The notes: generated by a model from the letters alone, not told the origin. Numbered from the stretch's first letter, positions 30,130-40,596 are shown. The stretch is 64,000 nucleotides of DNA from an uncultured bacterium (GCA_965541585.1 CBEUCH010000017.1:20874-84873), one strand, 5' to 3'. Numbers and translations: made by a program.

Positions 30130-31464
30130 TTATGCTTTCAAAGGTATTCTTATTGTGAATGTCGCTCCACCGCCGGGATTGTTCGATGCCCATATCGTGC
30201 CATAATGGGACCTTATTATACCATAGCAGACGGCCAGGCCGAGGCCGGTACCGTCATCCCTCTTGGTCGTATAAAACGGTTCGAATATTCTTCGCAGGTC
30301 AGCCTCGGGAATCCCCGTTCCGTTATCGATGAATTTCATCTCCACAGTCTTATTCAACTTCCTGGCGGAGATTGTTATCTTGCCGCCTTTAGGCATGGCA
30401 TCGCGCGAATTCAACAGCAGATTCAAGAAAACCTGTCTCAGCTTCTCCGGAGAGCCATCCAGCCATAAGGGTTTATTGTCAAAGGATCTCACGATTCTGA
30501 TTCGAGAATTTTCAAGTTCATTTTTCACCAGATCGAGAACGGCCGTCAGAGTTTCGCAGGCATCGAACTCCATCGGTTGCTCGACTGTTGGCCGGTAAAA
30601 ATCGAGGAGTTGCTTCACTATCAGCGCTATTCTACCGACCTCCTCCTGAACAATTGCCAGGTTCTTCTTCACATCGGGATCATCGGTTGGCAATCTTGAG
30701 GTGATGGCGAGGTAGTTTTTGATTATCCCCAGCGGGTTGTTCACCTCGTGAGCGATGGAAGCGGAGAGTTTCCCCAGGGCAGCTAATCTTTCGGTTTCGA
30801 CAAGCCGCTGCTGAGCCGAACGCAGTTCCTGCAGGGCCTTCTTTTCACGCTCGTAAAGACCGGCGTTTTCAAGACCCACGCTGAGTTGATTTACGAGAAT
30901 CGAGACGAATTCCAGATCATTGTCCTGATACGCCATGCCGCTAAGCTTCCGGGGAAGAAAAAGAATGCCCAGCAGATTATCTTTGGTTATCAAGGGTACG
31001 ATCAGTTCGGCCTCCAGCATCTTGAGACGCGCGAAATCCTCCGAATTCTCTGGAATATGTTTTCGCAGGATATCAAACAACTGAGGACCGGGGGTTCGCT
31101 GGAGATACCGGGCCAGGGGGCCGACGCGCGAAAATCTCCAGGATTCGATTTCCGGCAAATTGATTCCCTTTATGCTGATCTTGGATAAATCGCCTGTCGA
31201 TTGATCCTGAACGACGATGGCGGCGCCGGATATACCCATCTGCCCTATGCAGGTGAATAATATGGCATCCAGGAGTGAATCGATATCAAGCATGGAACTC
31301 AGATGCCGGGATATTTCAAAAACGGTATATAAGTCGAATATTTTCCTGCGAAGGTTTTTATTGGTGGCTGAAATGATACCTATGTTATCGGTCGGGGAAG
31401 GCTCCACCGTTTCCAGCTTATCCGTCGCATCTTTGGACGGATTCTTATCCTTAGAATTCTTCAT
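30130..31464 (-). CDS. GAF sensor histidine kinase
   Basis: IAHEVNNPL, QVFLNLLLNS, DNGTGI, FYTTK, GTGLGL. Confidence 0.92.
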   Translation of the reverse strand: MKNSKDKNPSKDATDKLETVEPSPTDNIGIISATNKNLRRKIFDLYTVFEISRHLSSMLDIDSLLDAILFTCIGQMGISGAAIVVQDQSTGDLSKISIKGINLPEIESWRFSRVGPLARYLQRTPGPQLFDILRKHIPENSEDFARLKMLEAELIVPLITKDNLLGILFLPRKLSGMAYQDNDLEFVSILVNQLSVGLENAGLYEREKKALQELRSAQQRLVETERLAALGKLSASIAHEVNNPLGIIKNYLAITSRLPTDDPDVKKNLAIVQEEVGRIALIVKQLLDFYRPTVEQPMEFDACETLTAVLDLVKNELENSRIRIVRSFDNKPLWLDGSPEKLRQVFLNLLLNSRDAMPKGGKITISARKLNKTVEMKFIDNGTGIPEADLRRIFEPFYTTKRDDGTGLGLAVCYGIIRSHYGTIWASNNPGGGATFTIRIPLKA

Positions 31465-31931
31465 TCCATCTATTAGTCGGCAGGATTCCCGGGTCGTTTG
31501 ACCCCGTCATTTAATATCCTCGCGGCAGCGAAATTCCACACGATTAGAAAATGATCCTGATAGGAAAATAATCAAGCATTAATTAATGTCAATGCATTTC
31601 TGGGAAGGATGGATCCGAGAGGAAGGTCGTGTTCAGCTATGCAACCTGTTTTCCTAAGACTATATCCTTCAAATCTGCGCATCGAATCCAGCGCTTGAAA
31701 CTCAGGCAACATGCATGGCCCCTGAAATATAGGTCTGTTGTTGAAATATCCGGGTACGCATAATATAATAATAGCCTTTTTGTTTCAGGAGACAATATAA
31801 TTCCTGGTTAAGTTATGAGATTGATTTTGAAAATATTAAGACCGGTGGATCCGATTTCTGGTCACTGGAGTTATTCATGACGGAAGAGTATAGCCCCCGG
31901 TATTCAATTCGGGAACGAACTGTTTGGGTGG

Positions 31932-33041
31932 ATGAATATGAAGAGTCTCCCAGCTAATATTGCACAAGAAATAGGCGAATCACTGGCTGAGATTATCGAA
32001 GTTTCGGCAGTGTATACTTCCAGGCAAGAAATCCTGGTAAAGGGCAAGTTGCTATTTGAATCATCGTGGATACGGACTGAGATCGAATCGAGGCTGGCTG
32101 AGTTTGGCCTTAAAGTGGAAATTATATCCACTCAGCCATCTCTGGTGATTCGCCTTAGATTGCTTGAAACGGCTAAATCCAGGGCATTCCCCTGGCTGAA
32201 TGTTATCCTGTTCGGCGTCACCGTTCTGACAACGTTAGCCACAGGGGCCTTAATGGAGGGTGCGGACTGGATAGCAGATCCGCTCCTGATATTCAATGAG
32301 CCGTTACGAATAATATTAGCAGGATTGCCTTTTTCGGCATCGCTTTTGTCCATATTGCTGTTTCACGAGTTTGGCCATTACATAGCCGCGCGCATCCATG
32401 GGGTGAATGTATCGCTACCATATTTCATACCGGCGCCTCCTCCCTTCTCGCTGTTAGGCACCTTGGGAGCCCTTATCAAATCCAGATCCGCCTTCTTGAA
32501 TAAAAGACAGCTTCTGGACGTGGCCGCGGCAGGACCGCTGGCAGGGCTGGCTGTCGCCATAATCGTTACCATAATAGGTGTCAAGACTTCCTCGGTGCAG
32601 CAAATACCGTCCGATTCCGGCGGTGTATTTTACGGCGACTCGATACTTTTCCAACTGATTACCTATGCCATCAAGGGCCCCATTCCGGACGGCAGCGCCC
32701 TTTTCATATCCTCTGTGGCTTTTGCCGGATGGGTCGGAATTCTGGTGACAATGTTCAATCTCCTGCCGCTCGGCCAGCTCGACGGGGGCCATATAGGCTA
32801 CGCCCTCCTTGGGAAATGGCAGAAGAATCTGGCATATTTGGTCATAGCCGGCCTGGTCGTCCTCTCATTATACTGGTTTGGCTGGACGATATGGATCTTG
32901 ATCGGCATTTTACTCAAGCCCGGTCATCCGCCGACGGTGATGGACGAACTGCCGCTCGGAAAGTGGCGGAAACTGATAGGCATACTAAGCATCATTGCCT
33001 TCGTCATCTGCTTCATACCGGTGCCAATCGAGATAGCGTAG
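31932..33041 (+). CDS. Site-2 protease (M50) membrane metalloprotease
   Basis: HEFGH, AAAGPLAG, NLLPLGQLDGGH; true start uncertain (see finding). Confidence 0.9.
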   Translation: MNMKSLPANIAQEIGESLAEIIEVSAVYTSRQEILVKGKLLFESSWIRTEIESRLAEFGLKVEIISTQPSLVIRLRLLETAKSRAFPWLNVILFGVTVLTTLATGALMEGADWIADPLLIFNEPLRIILAGLPFSASLLSILLFHEFGHYIAARIHGVNVSLPYFIPAPPPFSLLGTLGALIKSRSAFLNKRQLLDVAAAGPLAGLAVAIIVTIIGVKTSSVQQIPSDSGGVFYGDSILFQLITYAIKGPIPDGSALFISSVAFAGWVGILVTMFNLLPLGQLDGGHIGYALLGKWQKNLAYLVIAGLVVLSLYWFGWTIWILIGILLKPGHPPTVMDELPLGKWRKLIGILSIIAFVICFIPVPIEIA

Positions 33042-33137
33042 CCCTTTAAAGATTCTGTGATAATTAGAAAGCGCCCGGCGGATCTCCCATTCAATGGTCC
33101 ACCGGGCGGATCTTGTGTCAGCTTTCGAGAAATAATT

Positions 33138-36041
33138 CTATTTTAGATATAGCATCTTTCTGGCGTTGGTAAAATCCCCTGCCTGCAACTTATACAGATA
33201 GATGCCACTGGCAACGTCGCCGCCGGAACTTTCGCGGCCATCCCATACAACCGAATGAGCGCCTGCGGGAAGACCGGCAATCTCATAACCACGCACCAGG
33301 CGGCCGGCGATATCGTATATCTGGATTTCGACATCCGATTGCTCCGGTAAATCGAACGAGATTTCTGTTCGCCCATTGAATGGATTCGGATAGTTCTGAT
33401 GCAAGGCAAATATGGTCGGGGTCTGAGTATTCGAATTCGGCTCCGTGCCGGTGGGGACGAATGAGTATATGGCGAAATCATCTACTCCGGCTTCCACCAG
33501 CGATCCCGGCGAACGGTCCATGGCGACGAATCGTAATTGAATCTCCGAAGTTGGCTCCACGAATTGTTCCAGCAAAAACCTGGATCTCTGCCAGTAGTTC
33601 TCGGTGGAGGTAACCATTTCGAGGTTCGTCCACCTGGCGCCGCCATCATTGGAGATATCCACGAAGAAGGTGTCATCCATACTGGTGCGGATGGTATACC
33701 AGCGATAATATTCCATCAGGGCGCTTTCCTGCCCTTCCAGATCGTAAACCGGGGTATAGAGAGTCGTTTTGCCGTCGTCGACATCGTTGGCACCATTGTT
33801 CGGATCTCCCAGCGGATGCTGGCCGGTTACGAAACAGTAAATGCCCGGCGCAGACGTATGATCATCCTCCGGCTGATATGGGAAATTCGGGTCGCTATCG
33901 GAGTATGTTCCATTGGGATCGACCCGTTCCCAGATGCCGGAGGTGGCGTCATCGTCGAAAGCCCCGACTTGCCAGCCGGTTTCCGACTCAAGATCGTCAA
34001 ATTCAATCAATATGGGCTCCCCGATCACAAAAATATGTGTCCGATCGGGTGCTCCTGCCGGATGAAAGAATTCTCTACCGACAACGTCGGTGGCCGAGAT
34101 ATAGTATTCGACAAGTGTTCCCAGGGGCTGTGCCGGTATGGAACCGCTATATTCATCCTGATTACCCGTAGGCCCCATCTGAACCACATCGAATTCATCG
34201 TCTCCCACTGCCCGGTGAAACACGAAAACGAGGTCATTATCAATCGGGAAAACAGGGGCGGTGATAGTTGCGATCACCGGATAAGGATTGGAGTCATCAT
34301 CGGTATCGCCCAGAGGTTCATGTATAAATGAGGCTCCGGCCGGTTCTATTCCATGAAGCGCAAAGGCGCTAAGGATCAAATCGGAATTCGGCGTGCCGTT
34401 ATAAAGATCATCGTCATCATCATCGACTAAGAGTATGTCGATAAGGTAGTCCCAGTAGTCGGTGGAATAGTAGTAGCGGGCGAAGTGGAAAAGGGTGTCG
34501 CAGTAGGTTACTCTCGGGTCAAGCGCCTCCCTCAAATCCCAGAGGGCGCCGGCGACGATCAGACCATCATTATGCGATTCCCCGCTCCAATCGTCGGGCC
34601 AGCGGTTGGTATTATCCACCGTGCGGAGGTATGTTCCTTCTCCCTGGAATCCCCTGCCGATGAGCGGCTGATCGGTGATGGTAGCAGCTATGTAATCCGA
34701 CCACCCCTCGTGCTGGGCGCCCGATGGCGATTGCGGCCGGTACTGAAAATCTGTGATTCCATGTCCGTATTCATGGTAGATGACATCGGCTATTTCGCCG
34801 GTGTTCTCACAACCTCCTCCCCTGCGGAAGAAATTGATGGAGCTGCCGTCCCAGTAAGCGTTGCAGGTTTGATTCAGATTGACGTTGCAGGGCAGGGCGA
34901 AATCGAGAAGCGTGAATCCCGGATCGATGGCCTTGATGTAATCATGGATAACATTGGTATGGAAAAAGCAGGTTCGCTCATCCGCGCGGGCGGTAATGAG
35001 ATCCCATTCGAAATAGAGCGTATCTCCGGGGGTGATCTCACCATCATAGAGGGCATCGGCGCCCCCGGTGTTGTTGACGTTCACAAAATATCCATTTAGC
35101 TCCGTGCTAAAATTGCGCGTCTCCGGGCCGTCGACCTCTGAAGTGAAAAAACCCTCCTGGTCAGTATATACCCGACCTACCTGGTCGATATTGACCGACT
35201 CGAACTCGAAGGGCATGGTGGTGAGTGGATCAAAGGGCGTCGACTCGTAAATCTGGCCGCTTATATAACCGTCTACCGTTTCATAATAGATCAGGCTTTT
35301 ACGGTAAAGAACCTCGCCACTGTTGGCATCCACCACCGACAGCCAGCGCGACGGCTGATCAGACTCAATCTCCAGTCTGTATGCCAGTCTGTAATCGAAC
35401 CCGCTCTCGGCGGGCAGCGGCATTATGATCAACTCCGGTTCGGTGAATACGTATTCCGCTAATGACAAACCGGTCTGCGCCGCCAGGCTGGCAGCCTCCT
35501 TCGAGAGGGCTGGCGCCGGCGCAATATCTATCCCGGGGAGATAGCCGCATCTGAACAGGACCACATTGCCTCTGTCTGAAATAACGACGGTGACAAGGCT
35601 CCGGAAAACATTCAGATTATCATATTGCTGGCCGAAATGCACTACCCAGCGGTCCAGGATATGCCTTGCTGAAAGCAATATCATATCCTCGATAGGCACC
35701 CGGAGCAGATCGAACTCCGATCTCAAAAACGTTTTCGCCAGCTCGCCGGCGCTGACATCGTCGATAGGGATTCCGATATAGGCGGAGCCTCCCACCCCCT
35801 GCCGAATCAGTCCCGTTCTTTCATTTACCTGCATAGCCCAATTCCCATGCCGGCCGATGAAATCGCTTATTGTGGGATCAAACGATGATAGTTCGCTGAG
35901 ACTCGACAAAAATACCGGCTGGTCATCATAGTAAGGAATCGAAATCGACTCCGTCTCGAATCCTCCGTCGGTCGTAAAAGCGTAAGCGCTCGAGGATACT
36001 CCAAAAGAGACAATTAAGATCGTCGCAAATAAGGTTTTCAT
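33138..36041 (-). CDS. Secreted M4/M36-type zinc metalloprotease with FTP/PepSY propeptide and FlgD/T9SS-A-like C-terminal tail
   Basis: CNAYWDG, DVIYHEYGH, EGWSD, ESH; tail QNYPNPFN...VVWDG...ASGIYLY...KMLYLK. Confidence 0.88.
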   Translation of the reverse strand: MKTLFATILIVSFGVSSSAYAFTTDGGFETESISIPYYDDQPVFLSSLSELSSFDPTISDFIGRHGNWAMQVNERTGLIRQGVGGSAYIGIPIDDVSAGELAKTFLRSEFDLLRVPIEDMILLSARHILDRWVVHFGQQYDNLNVFRSLVTVVISDRGNVVLFRCGYLPGIDIAPAPALSKEAASLAAQTGLSLAEYVFTEPELIIMPLPAESGFDYRLAYRLEIESDQPSRWLSVVDANSGEVLYRKSLIYYETVDGYISGQIYESTPFDPLTTMPFEFESVNIDQVGRVYTDQEGFFTSEVDGPETRNFSTELNGYFVNVNNTGGADALYDGEITPGDTLYFEWDLITARADERTCFFHTNVIHDYIKAIDPGFTLLDFALPCNVNLNQTCNAYWDGSSINFFRRGGGCENTGEIADVIYHEYGHGITDFQYRPQSPSGAQHEGWSDYIAATITDQPLIGRGFQGEGTYLRTVDNTNRWPDDWSGESHNDGLIVAGALWDLREALDPRVTYCDTLFHFARYYYSTDYWDYLIDILLVDDDDDDLYNGTPNSDLILSAFALHGIEPAGASFIHEPLGDTDDDSNPYPVIATITAPVFPIDNDLVFVFHRAVGDDEFDVVQMGPTGNQDEYSGSIPAQPLGTLVEYYISATDVVGREFFHPAGAPDRTHIFVIGEPILIEFDDLESETGWQVGAFDDDATSGIWERVDPNGTYSDSDPNFPYQPEDDHTSAPGIYCFVTGQHPLGDPNNGANDVDDGKTTLYTPVYDLEGQESALMEYYRWYTIRTSMDDTFFVDISNDGGARWTNLEMVTSTENYWQRSRFLLEQFVEPTSEIQLRFVAMDRSPGSLVEAGVDDFAIYSFVPTGTEPNSNTQTPTIFALHQNYPNPFNGRTEISFDLPEQSDVEIQIYDIAGRLVRGYEIAGLPAGAHSVVWDGRESSGGDVASGIYLYKLQAGDFTNARKMLYLK

Positions 36042-36178
36042 TCTTCCTCCCGGGAATCAGGTTTTTCTACAATCTTAAAACAGATAAGGTGGTTATTAAA
36101 TTCCACACTTTCCAATATAATAGATAATCAGGCATTTAAAACTTGATTTTTCCACCCCTCGCCGATAGCTTGGCGTCC

Positions 36179-37171
36179 ATGGTAATGATTCCTGCTACAC
36201 ACTCGAGCTTTCCCCGGGTCGGGGATAAGCCCGAGCAGCAGAAACTCAGGCGGGCATATGCCGGCTATGAAAAGGGCAAAATCCCGGAGGCCGAGTTCAG
36301 GGAAGCTCAGGATTCGCTGGTTAAGGAGGTTATCTCCATCCAGGAGCAAGCCGGATGCGAGATTGTTACCGACGGTATGATCCGCTGGTATGATCACGTA
36401 TCCCACATAGCCAGACAACTGATGGGGTTCGAAATAAACGGCCTCTTGCGGTTTTTCGATACCAACTATTATTATCGCCAACCTGTGGCTGGAGACAGCA
36501 TCTCCGCCGGAGACGGCACCTTTTCTGATGAATTCACTTTTGCCGCAAATAGCTCGAAGAGCCCGGTCAAGGCGACACTCCTGGGGCCTTACAGCATGGC
36601 GAGGATGTCGCAGAATAATTCATCGATGAAATTCGAGCGATTCTGCCTGCGCCTGAGCGAGATCTTAAGCGACGAGGTTCACCATCTGGCGGATGCGGGT
36701 GCCGGATTCATACAGATCGAGGAGCCGGCCTTCGTCAGGGAACCGCAGCATTACGATCTATTCATAAGCTGTCTTGAGAATATTGCGCGATCGAAAGGCA
36801 AAGCGAAAATTATCCTGGCCTTCTATTTCGGAGACTGCGTTCCATTATGGAATCACTTACCTGATTTTCCCGCGGATTTCCTCGGCCTGGATTTCACCTA
36901 CTCCCCCGGTTTAATGGATAGGATTTCGGCAGATGGCTTCCCCGGGTCGGTTTCGTTCGGTCTATTGGATGGCAGAAATACCAGAATGGAATCTGCGGAT
37001 GAATTAGCGGGTTTACTGGAGAAAGCCCTGGCGAAGGTTGATTCCGACTGCTGCCATATTACAACATCATGTGGACTGGAGTTTCTCCCCCGCGATTACG
37101 CCATCAGGAAGCTCGAGTTGACATCACGGGTGGCTGAACTGTTAAATGGGTCCTACGGATCTGCAGGATAA
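36179..37171 (+). CDS. Split cobalamin-independent methionine synthase, non-catalytic N-terminal half
   Basis: SSFPRVG, TDG-IRW, RFFDTNYYYRQP, QIEEP, SCGLEFLP; HxC replaced by FYFG. Confidence 0.82.
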   Translation: MVMIPATHSSFPRVGDKPEQQKLRRAYAGYEKGKIPEAEFREAQDSLVKEVISIQEQAGCEIVTDGMIRWYDHVSHIARQLMGFEINGLLRFFDTNYYYRQPVAGDSISAGDGTFSDEFTFAANSSKSPVKATLLGPYSMARMSQNNSSMKFERFCLRLSEILSDEVHHLADAGAGFIQIEEPAFVREPQHYDLFISCLENIARSKGKAKIILAFYFGDCVPLWNHLPDFPADFLGLDFTYSPGLMDRISADGFPGSVSFGLLDGRNTRMESADELAGLLEKALAKVDSDCCHITTSCGLEFLPRDYAIRKLELTSRVAELLNGSYGSAG

Positions 37172-37177
37172 AATGCA

Positions 37178-38176
37178 ATGAGCCGTGAAGTTTTGAATAA
37201 ACTGGGAATAGACCTTCCGATTTTGCCGACGACATCGGTTGGCAGTTTCCCCAAGCCTCGTTATTTGATCAAAGGCCGATCGGATCGCAAGAAAGGCAAA
37301 ATCAGCGATTCAGAATTGGCAGATCTCGAGGATCGCGCCACCCGGGAATGGATTGAATTCCAGGAGAATATTGATATCAGCGTCATCGTCGACGGCGAGA
37401 TGTATCGCGGCGATATGGTCGCCTATTTCGCCGAGAATATCCCCGGATTCGATCCCGGCGGACTGGTGCGCTCCTACGGCAACCGCTACTATTACAAGCC
37501 CATCATCAAGGGAAAACTCGAATACCCGGGGCCGATAACGGTTGACTGGTGGAAGAAGACGCAATCACTGACTGACCAGCCGGTCAAGGGGATGCTGACC
37601 GGACCTTATACTATCATGGATTGGTCATTCAATGAGTTTTATGCCGATCGAGCCGCCGCCAGTTGCGCTCTGGCGCAACTAATTCGCCAGGAGGTGGCCG
37701 AATTGATAAAGGCGGGTTGTAAGATCGTCCAGGTCGACGAACCGGCCATCAGCGTCAGGCCGGAGGAACTCGAGATAGCGAAAAAGGCGCTGAATATAGT
37801 CACCGAGGGGCAGGAGGCCTATTTCATCACCCATATCTGCTATGGCTCGTTCGAGAAGATATATCCCGGCATGCTGGAGCTGCCGGTGCACAATATCGAC
37901 CTGGAGATGTCGAATTCGGACCTCGACATGCTTAAATATTTCAAGCGTTACCCCTTCACCAAGGATATCACCTTCGGCGTTGTGGACGTTCACTCGCACG
38001 TGATCGAGGATGTCGATCTGATCAAGTCCCGGATCGAGCAGGCCTTAAAATACCTCCCGAAAGAAGCAGTCTGGATCGATCCCGATTGCGGCCTGAAAAC
38101 CCGCACGGTGGACGAGGCCAAAGCGAAGCTGGAGAATATACAGGCGGCGGTGGCGGCGGTGCGCGAAGCGTTATAG
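37178..38176 (+). CDS. metE: Split cobalamin-independent methionine synthase, catalytic half
   Basis: PTTSVGSFP, DGEMYRGDMV, KGMLTGP, QVDEPA, THICY, DPDCGLKTR. Confidence 0.88.
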   Translation: MSREVLNKLGIDLPILPTTSVGSFPKPRYLIKGRSDRKKGKISDSELADLEDRATREWIEFQENIDISVIVDGEMYRGDMVAYFAENIPGFDPGGLVRSYGNRYYYKPIIKGKLEYPGPITVDWWKKTQSLTDQPVKGMLTGPYTIMDWSFNEFYADRAAASCALAQLIRQEVAELIKAGCKIVQVDEPAISVRPEELEIAKKALNIVTEGQEAYFITHICYGSFEKIYPGMLELPVHNIDLEMSNSDLDMLKYFKRYPFTKDITFGVVDVHSHVIEDVDLIKSRIEQALKYLPKEAVWIDPDCGLKTRTVDEAKAKLENIQAAVAAVREAL

Positions 38177-38292
38177 GATTCTAAAAAAAAAGATATATAT
38201 TGCGTTTTAATAATTGATGAACTAATATATCTATGTTTCCTTCCCCCGGGAATCAATGGATAAGTATAACTTTTGAGCCGGGAGGTAAAAGA

Positions 38293-38769
38293 ATGCTAAG
38301 GCTAATTAGCGTCATGGTTTTATTGACCTTCATTCTTTCATGTGCAACGACAGGAATGCAGAAGAAAGAAGAAGAAGCTCCGCTAAGAACCAAGGTTGAA
38401 GCATCAAAAGAAAAAATCTATCAAATCACCGCAACAAAACTAATGGAGTATGGCTTTGAAATCGAATCATCAGATCCGGTTCTTGGCAGAATAAGCACGA
38501 AATATGTAAATCTAAAGCCCGGTTTTGCTGGAGGACTTGCCTTGGCAGCACTGGGGGCAAAGGATTTTAAAGTCAGTATCACAACACAAATTATTGAATC
38601 CGATTCCGGATATTGTGAATTGATAATGAGAGGTGTTGGCCAATACGCAATGGATCAAGGTTTATTCCAAGAAGATGAAATCAAATATCAGCCCGTTCGG
38701 AAGGATACCTATACCTATAACCAAATGAAGGAGATTTCTCTGGCCATCAAGACGGAGGTTGAACAATGA
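38293..38769 (+). CDS. Hypothetical lipoprotein
   Basis: Lipobox ILSC; GGAGG RBS; AT-richer than the flanks. Confidence 0.75.
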   Translation: MLRLISVMVLLTFILSCATTGMQKKEEEAPLRTKVEASKEKIYQITATKLMEYGFEIESSDPVLGRISTKYVNLKPGFAGGLALAALGAKDFKVSITTQIIESDSGYCELIMRGVGQYAMDQGLFQEDEIKYQPVRKDTYTYNQMKEISLAIKTEVEQ

Positions 38770-39119
38770 GAAAATATATATTATTCGTTTTCATAACCGT
38801 CACATTATTATTCGGCTGTGAAAAAGACGAAGCAACCGGGCCTGTTATCTATTCTGTTAAATATGAGGCTACCGGGACTACTGCATCCGTCAATATTACG
38901 ATTGAAAATGAACAAGGCGGAACATCTCAGTATGCTGATATAAATCCAACATGGGATTATAGTTTCACGCGGTCTGCGGGGGAATTCGTATATATCTCGG
39001 CTCAAAATCAAACTGAATATGGCTCAGTTACAGTCACTATTTACGTCGATGGCGATGTATGGAAAACATCATCGAGTAACGGCGCTTATGTCATAGCATC
39101 CGCAAGTGGCATACTATAA
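38766..39119 (+). CDS. Small lipoprotein with MmpS-like beta-sandwich
   Basis: Lipobox LFGC; VKYEATGT...W-YSF...ISAQ...VTVTIYVDG; ATGA overlap with the upstream gene. Confidence 0.75.
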   Translation: MRKYILFVFITVTLLFGCEKDEATGPVIYSVKYEATGTTASVNITIENEQGGTSQYADINPTWDYSFTRSAGEFVYISAQNQTEYGSVTVTIYVDGDVWKTSSSNGAYVIASASGIL

Positions 39120-39193
39120 GCCAATCCCGCTGGAAGCACTGGGTCGAGGATGGAGTCGCGTATATAAGCGAAGGGGGTATGCTCTCATCATAA

Positions 39194-39278
39194 CTGTGGT
39201 TGGCGTACCTCCCGGTGCGCCAGCGGGATCGTCGTCGGACGGGGACCCCGCCAAAGGCGGGGCCGAGCACAATCACCT
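39194..39278. repeat. 85-bp REP-like direct repeat, copy 1
   Basis: Ungapped match to 40458-40542 with ~12 mismatches; hairpin CCCCGCC-AAA-GGCGGGG. Confidence 0.85.
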
Positions 39279-39328
39279 TTAGTTACGACTCCCCTCCCCT
39301 TCAGATTTTCTATATTGACATAAGCAAT

Positions 39329-40375
39329 CTAAGCGCGGGAGCCGCGCTCATTCACTTCAGGCATCAGCCCGAATATTCGGACTATGGTCGGTAGTGAAAG
39401 AAGAAATACAAATGGCAACGCCTCGTAGTAGACCCGCAATTCATCGATAAAGCCGAATACAAAGGCCAGCGACAAAAGCGGTACTAAAGTCACAATCATG
39501 CCGCGCCGAAGGAAAACGGGCTTATGTTTCCACCCATAGATAAGCAGCGGCAGATGGAATGCAACAACCGCAATAAAATAGAAGAATGCCAGGGGATGCA
39601 GAAAGAGGATCAGATTGTGATCGAATAGATGAAATTCGAACGGCATGCCCGGATTGTCTGCGTACAGGATCATAACCAGTGCCTTGATCGCTATCCAGAT
39701 CAAACCCTGAAATACCAGATGCAGTGCAAGTCTTGATCTTGGCATTTCACTGCCTTCTCGGAGATAAAATAAGGCAACCAGCAATATGGAGGTTTCTTTG
39801 TTCAGGGTGGCCAGGATAAAAACCAGATAGTATAAAAGATATCTCCTTTTCATTATAAGCGCTATCCCCAGGGTGAAAAGAAAGAAAGCGCCGGGATCAT
39901 ATATATAGCTGCAATACCTGAAATATATGGGAAGGGCCATTATTGCACCGACCGGTGCAAAATCTGCGACAAAGTCGGGGAAATCGTAGAAGATTTTGAT
40001 CAGATGGCGCAACATCAATGCAGAACCGATAAAACATACAAATATCAGAATCAGCATGAGCGCATACTCATAGATATATTCGTTCTCCCATCCCAGCATT
40101 TTGATGAACCTCTGCGCAGAAAGGCTTCCAGTGAAGGCGGATTCGACTTTTTCCTCGACGATTGCAGGAGTTATCTCTGTCGCCACTCTTACTATGGTCG
40201 GCAGGAGAATTCTGTAAACATACGGTTTATGTGCCTTGCCGTAGACCATATCGGGGAACAAGGCTGCGCCGTATAGGTCTATCCCCGGATATATTACGAA
40301 GGCCACGGTTATCAATGCGGATATCAGGATATAGAGCGCTATAAGAAATAATCTTCTCTGGAAGGGCAGGCCCAT
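39329..40375 (-). CDS. Multi-pass membrane protein (possibly GT-C glycosyltransferase-like)
   Basis: Many hydrophobic segments; PYVYRIL, YD, LNKETS, E-R-YYE motifs. Confidence 0.7.
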   Translation of the reverse strand: MGLPFQRRLFLIALYILISALITVAFVIYPGIDLYGAALFPDMVYGKAHKPYVYRILLPTIVRVATEITPAIVEEKVESAFTGSLSAQRFIKMLGWENEYIYEYALMLILIFVCFIGSALMLRHLIKIFYDFPDFVADFAPVGAIMALPIYFRYCSYIYDPGAFFLFTLGIALIMKRRYLLYYLVFILATLNKETSILLVALFYLREGSEMPRSRLALHLVFQGLIWIAIKALVMILYADNPGMPFEFHLFDHNLILFLHPLAFFYFIAVVAFHLPLLIYGWKHKPVFLRRGMIVTLVPLLSLAFVFGFIDELRVYYEALPFVFLLSLPTIVRIFGLMPEVNERGSRA

Positions 40376-40457
40376 GTTAGTTTAACAATCCAATGCTCTC
40401 CTGGTGCTCAACGAGTCAAATATCAATGTCACATAAAAGCCCGTCAAGGATTTTATT

Positions 40458-40542
40458 CTGTAGTTGGCGTATCTCCCGATGCCCCAACAGGGTCGTCGTC
40501 GGCCGGGGACCCCGCCAAAGGCGGGGCGGATCGCAATAACCT
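40458..40542. repeat. 85-bp REP-like direct repeat, copy 2
   Basis: See copy 1; begins CTGTAG. Confidence 0.85.
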
Positions 40543-40596
40543 AAAATAATATCATCTTGACACCGGGCAGAATAAAACCATAATTTCTTCTCGCAC

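Noticed and set aside
39194..40542. Integron attC sites around a gene cassette
   Set aside because: No RYYYAAC...GTTRRRY arrangement in the right order and no IntI gene; GTAG-headed hairpins fit REP-like repeats better.
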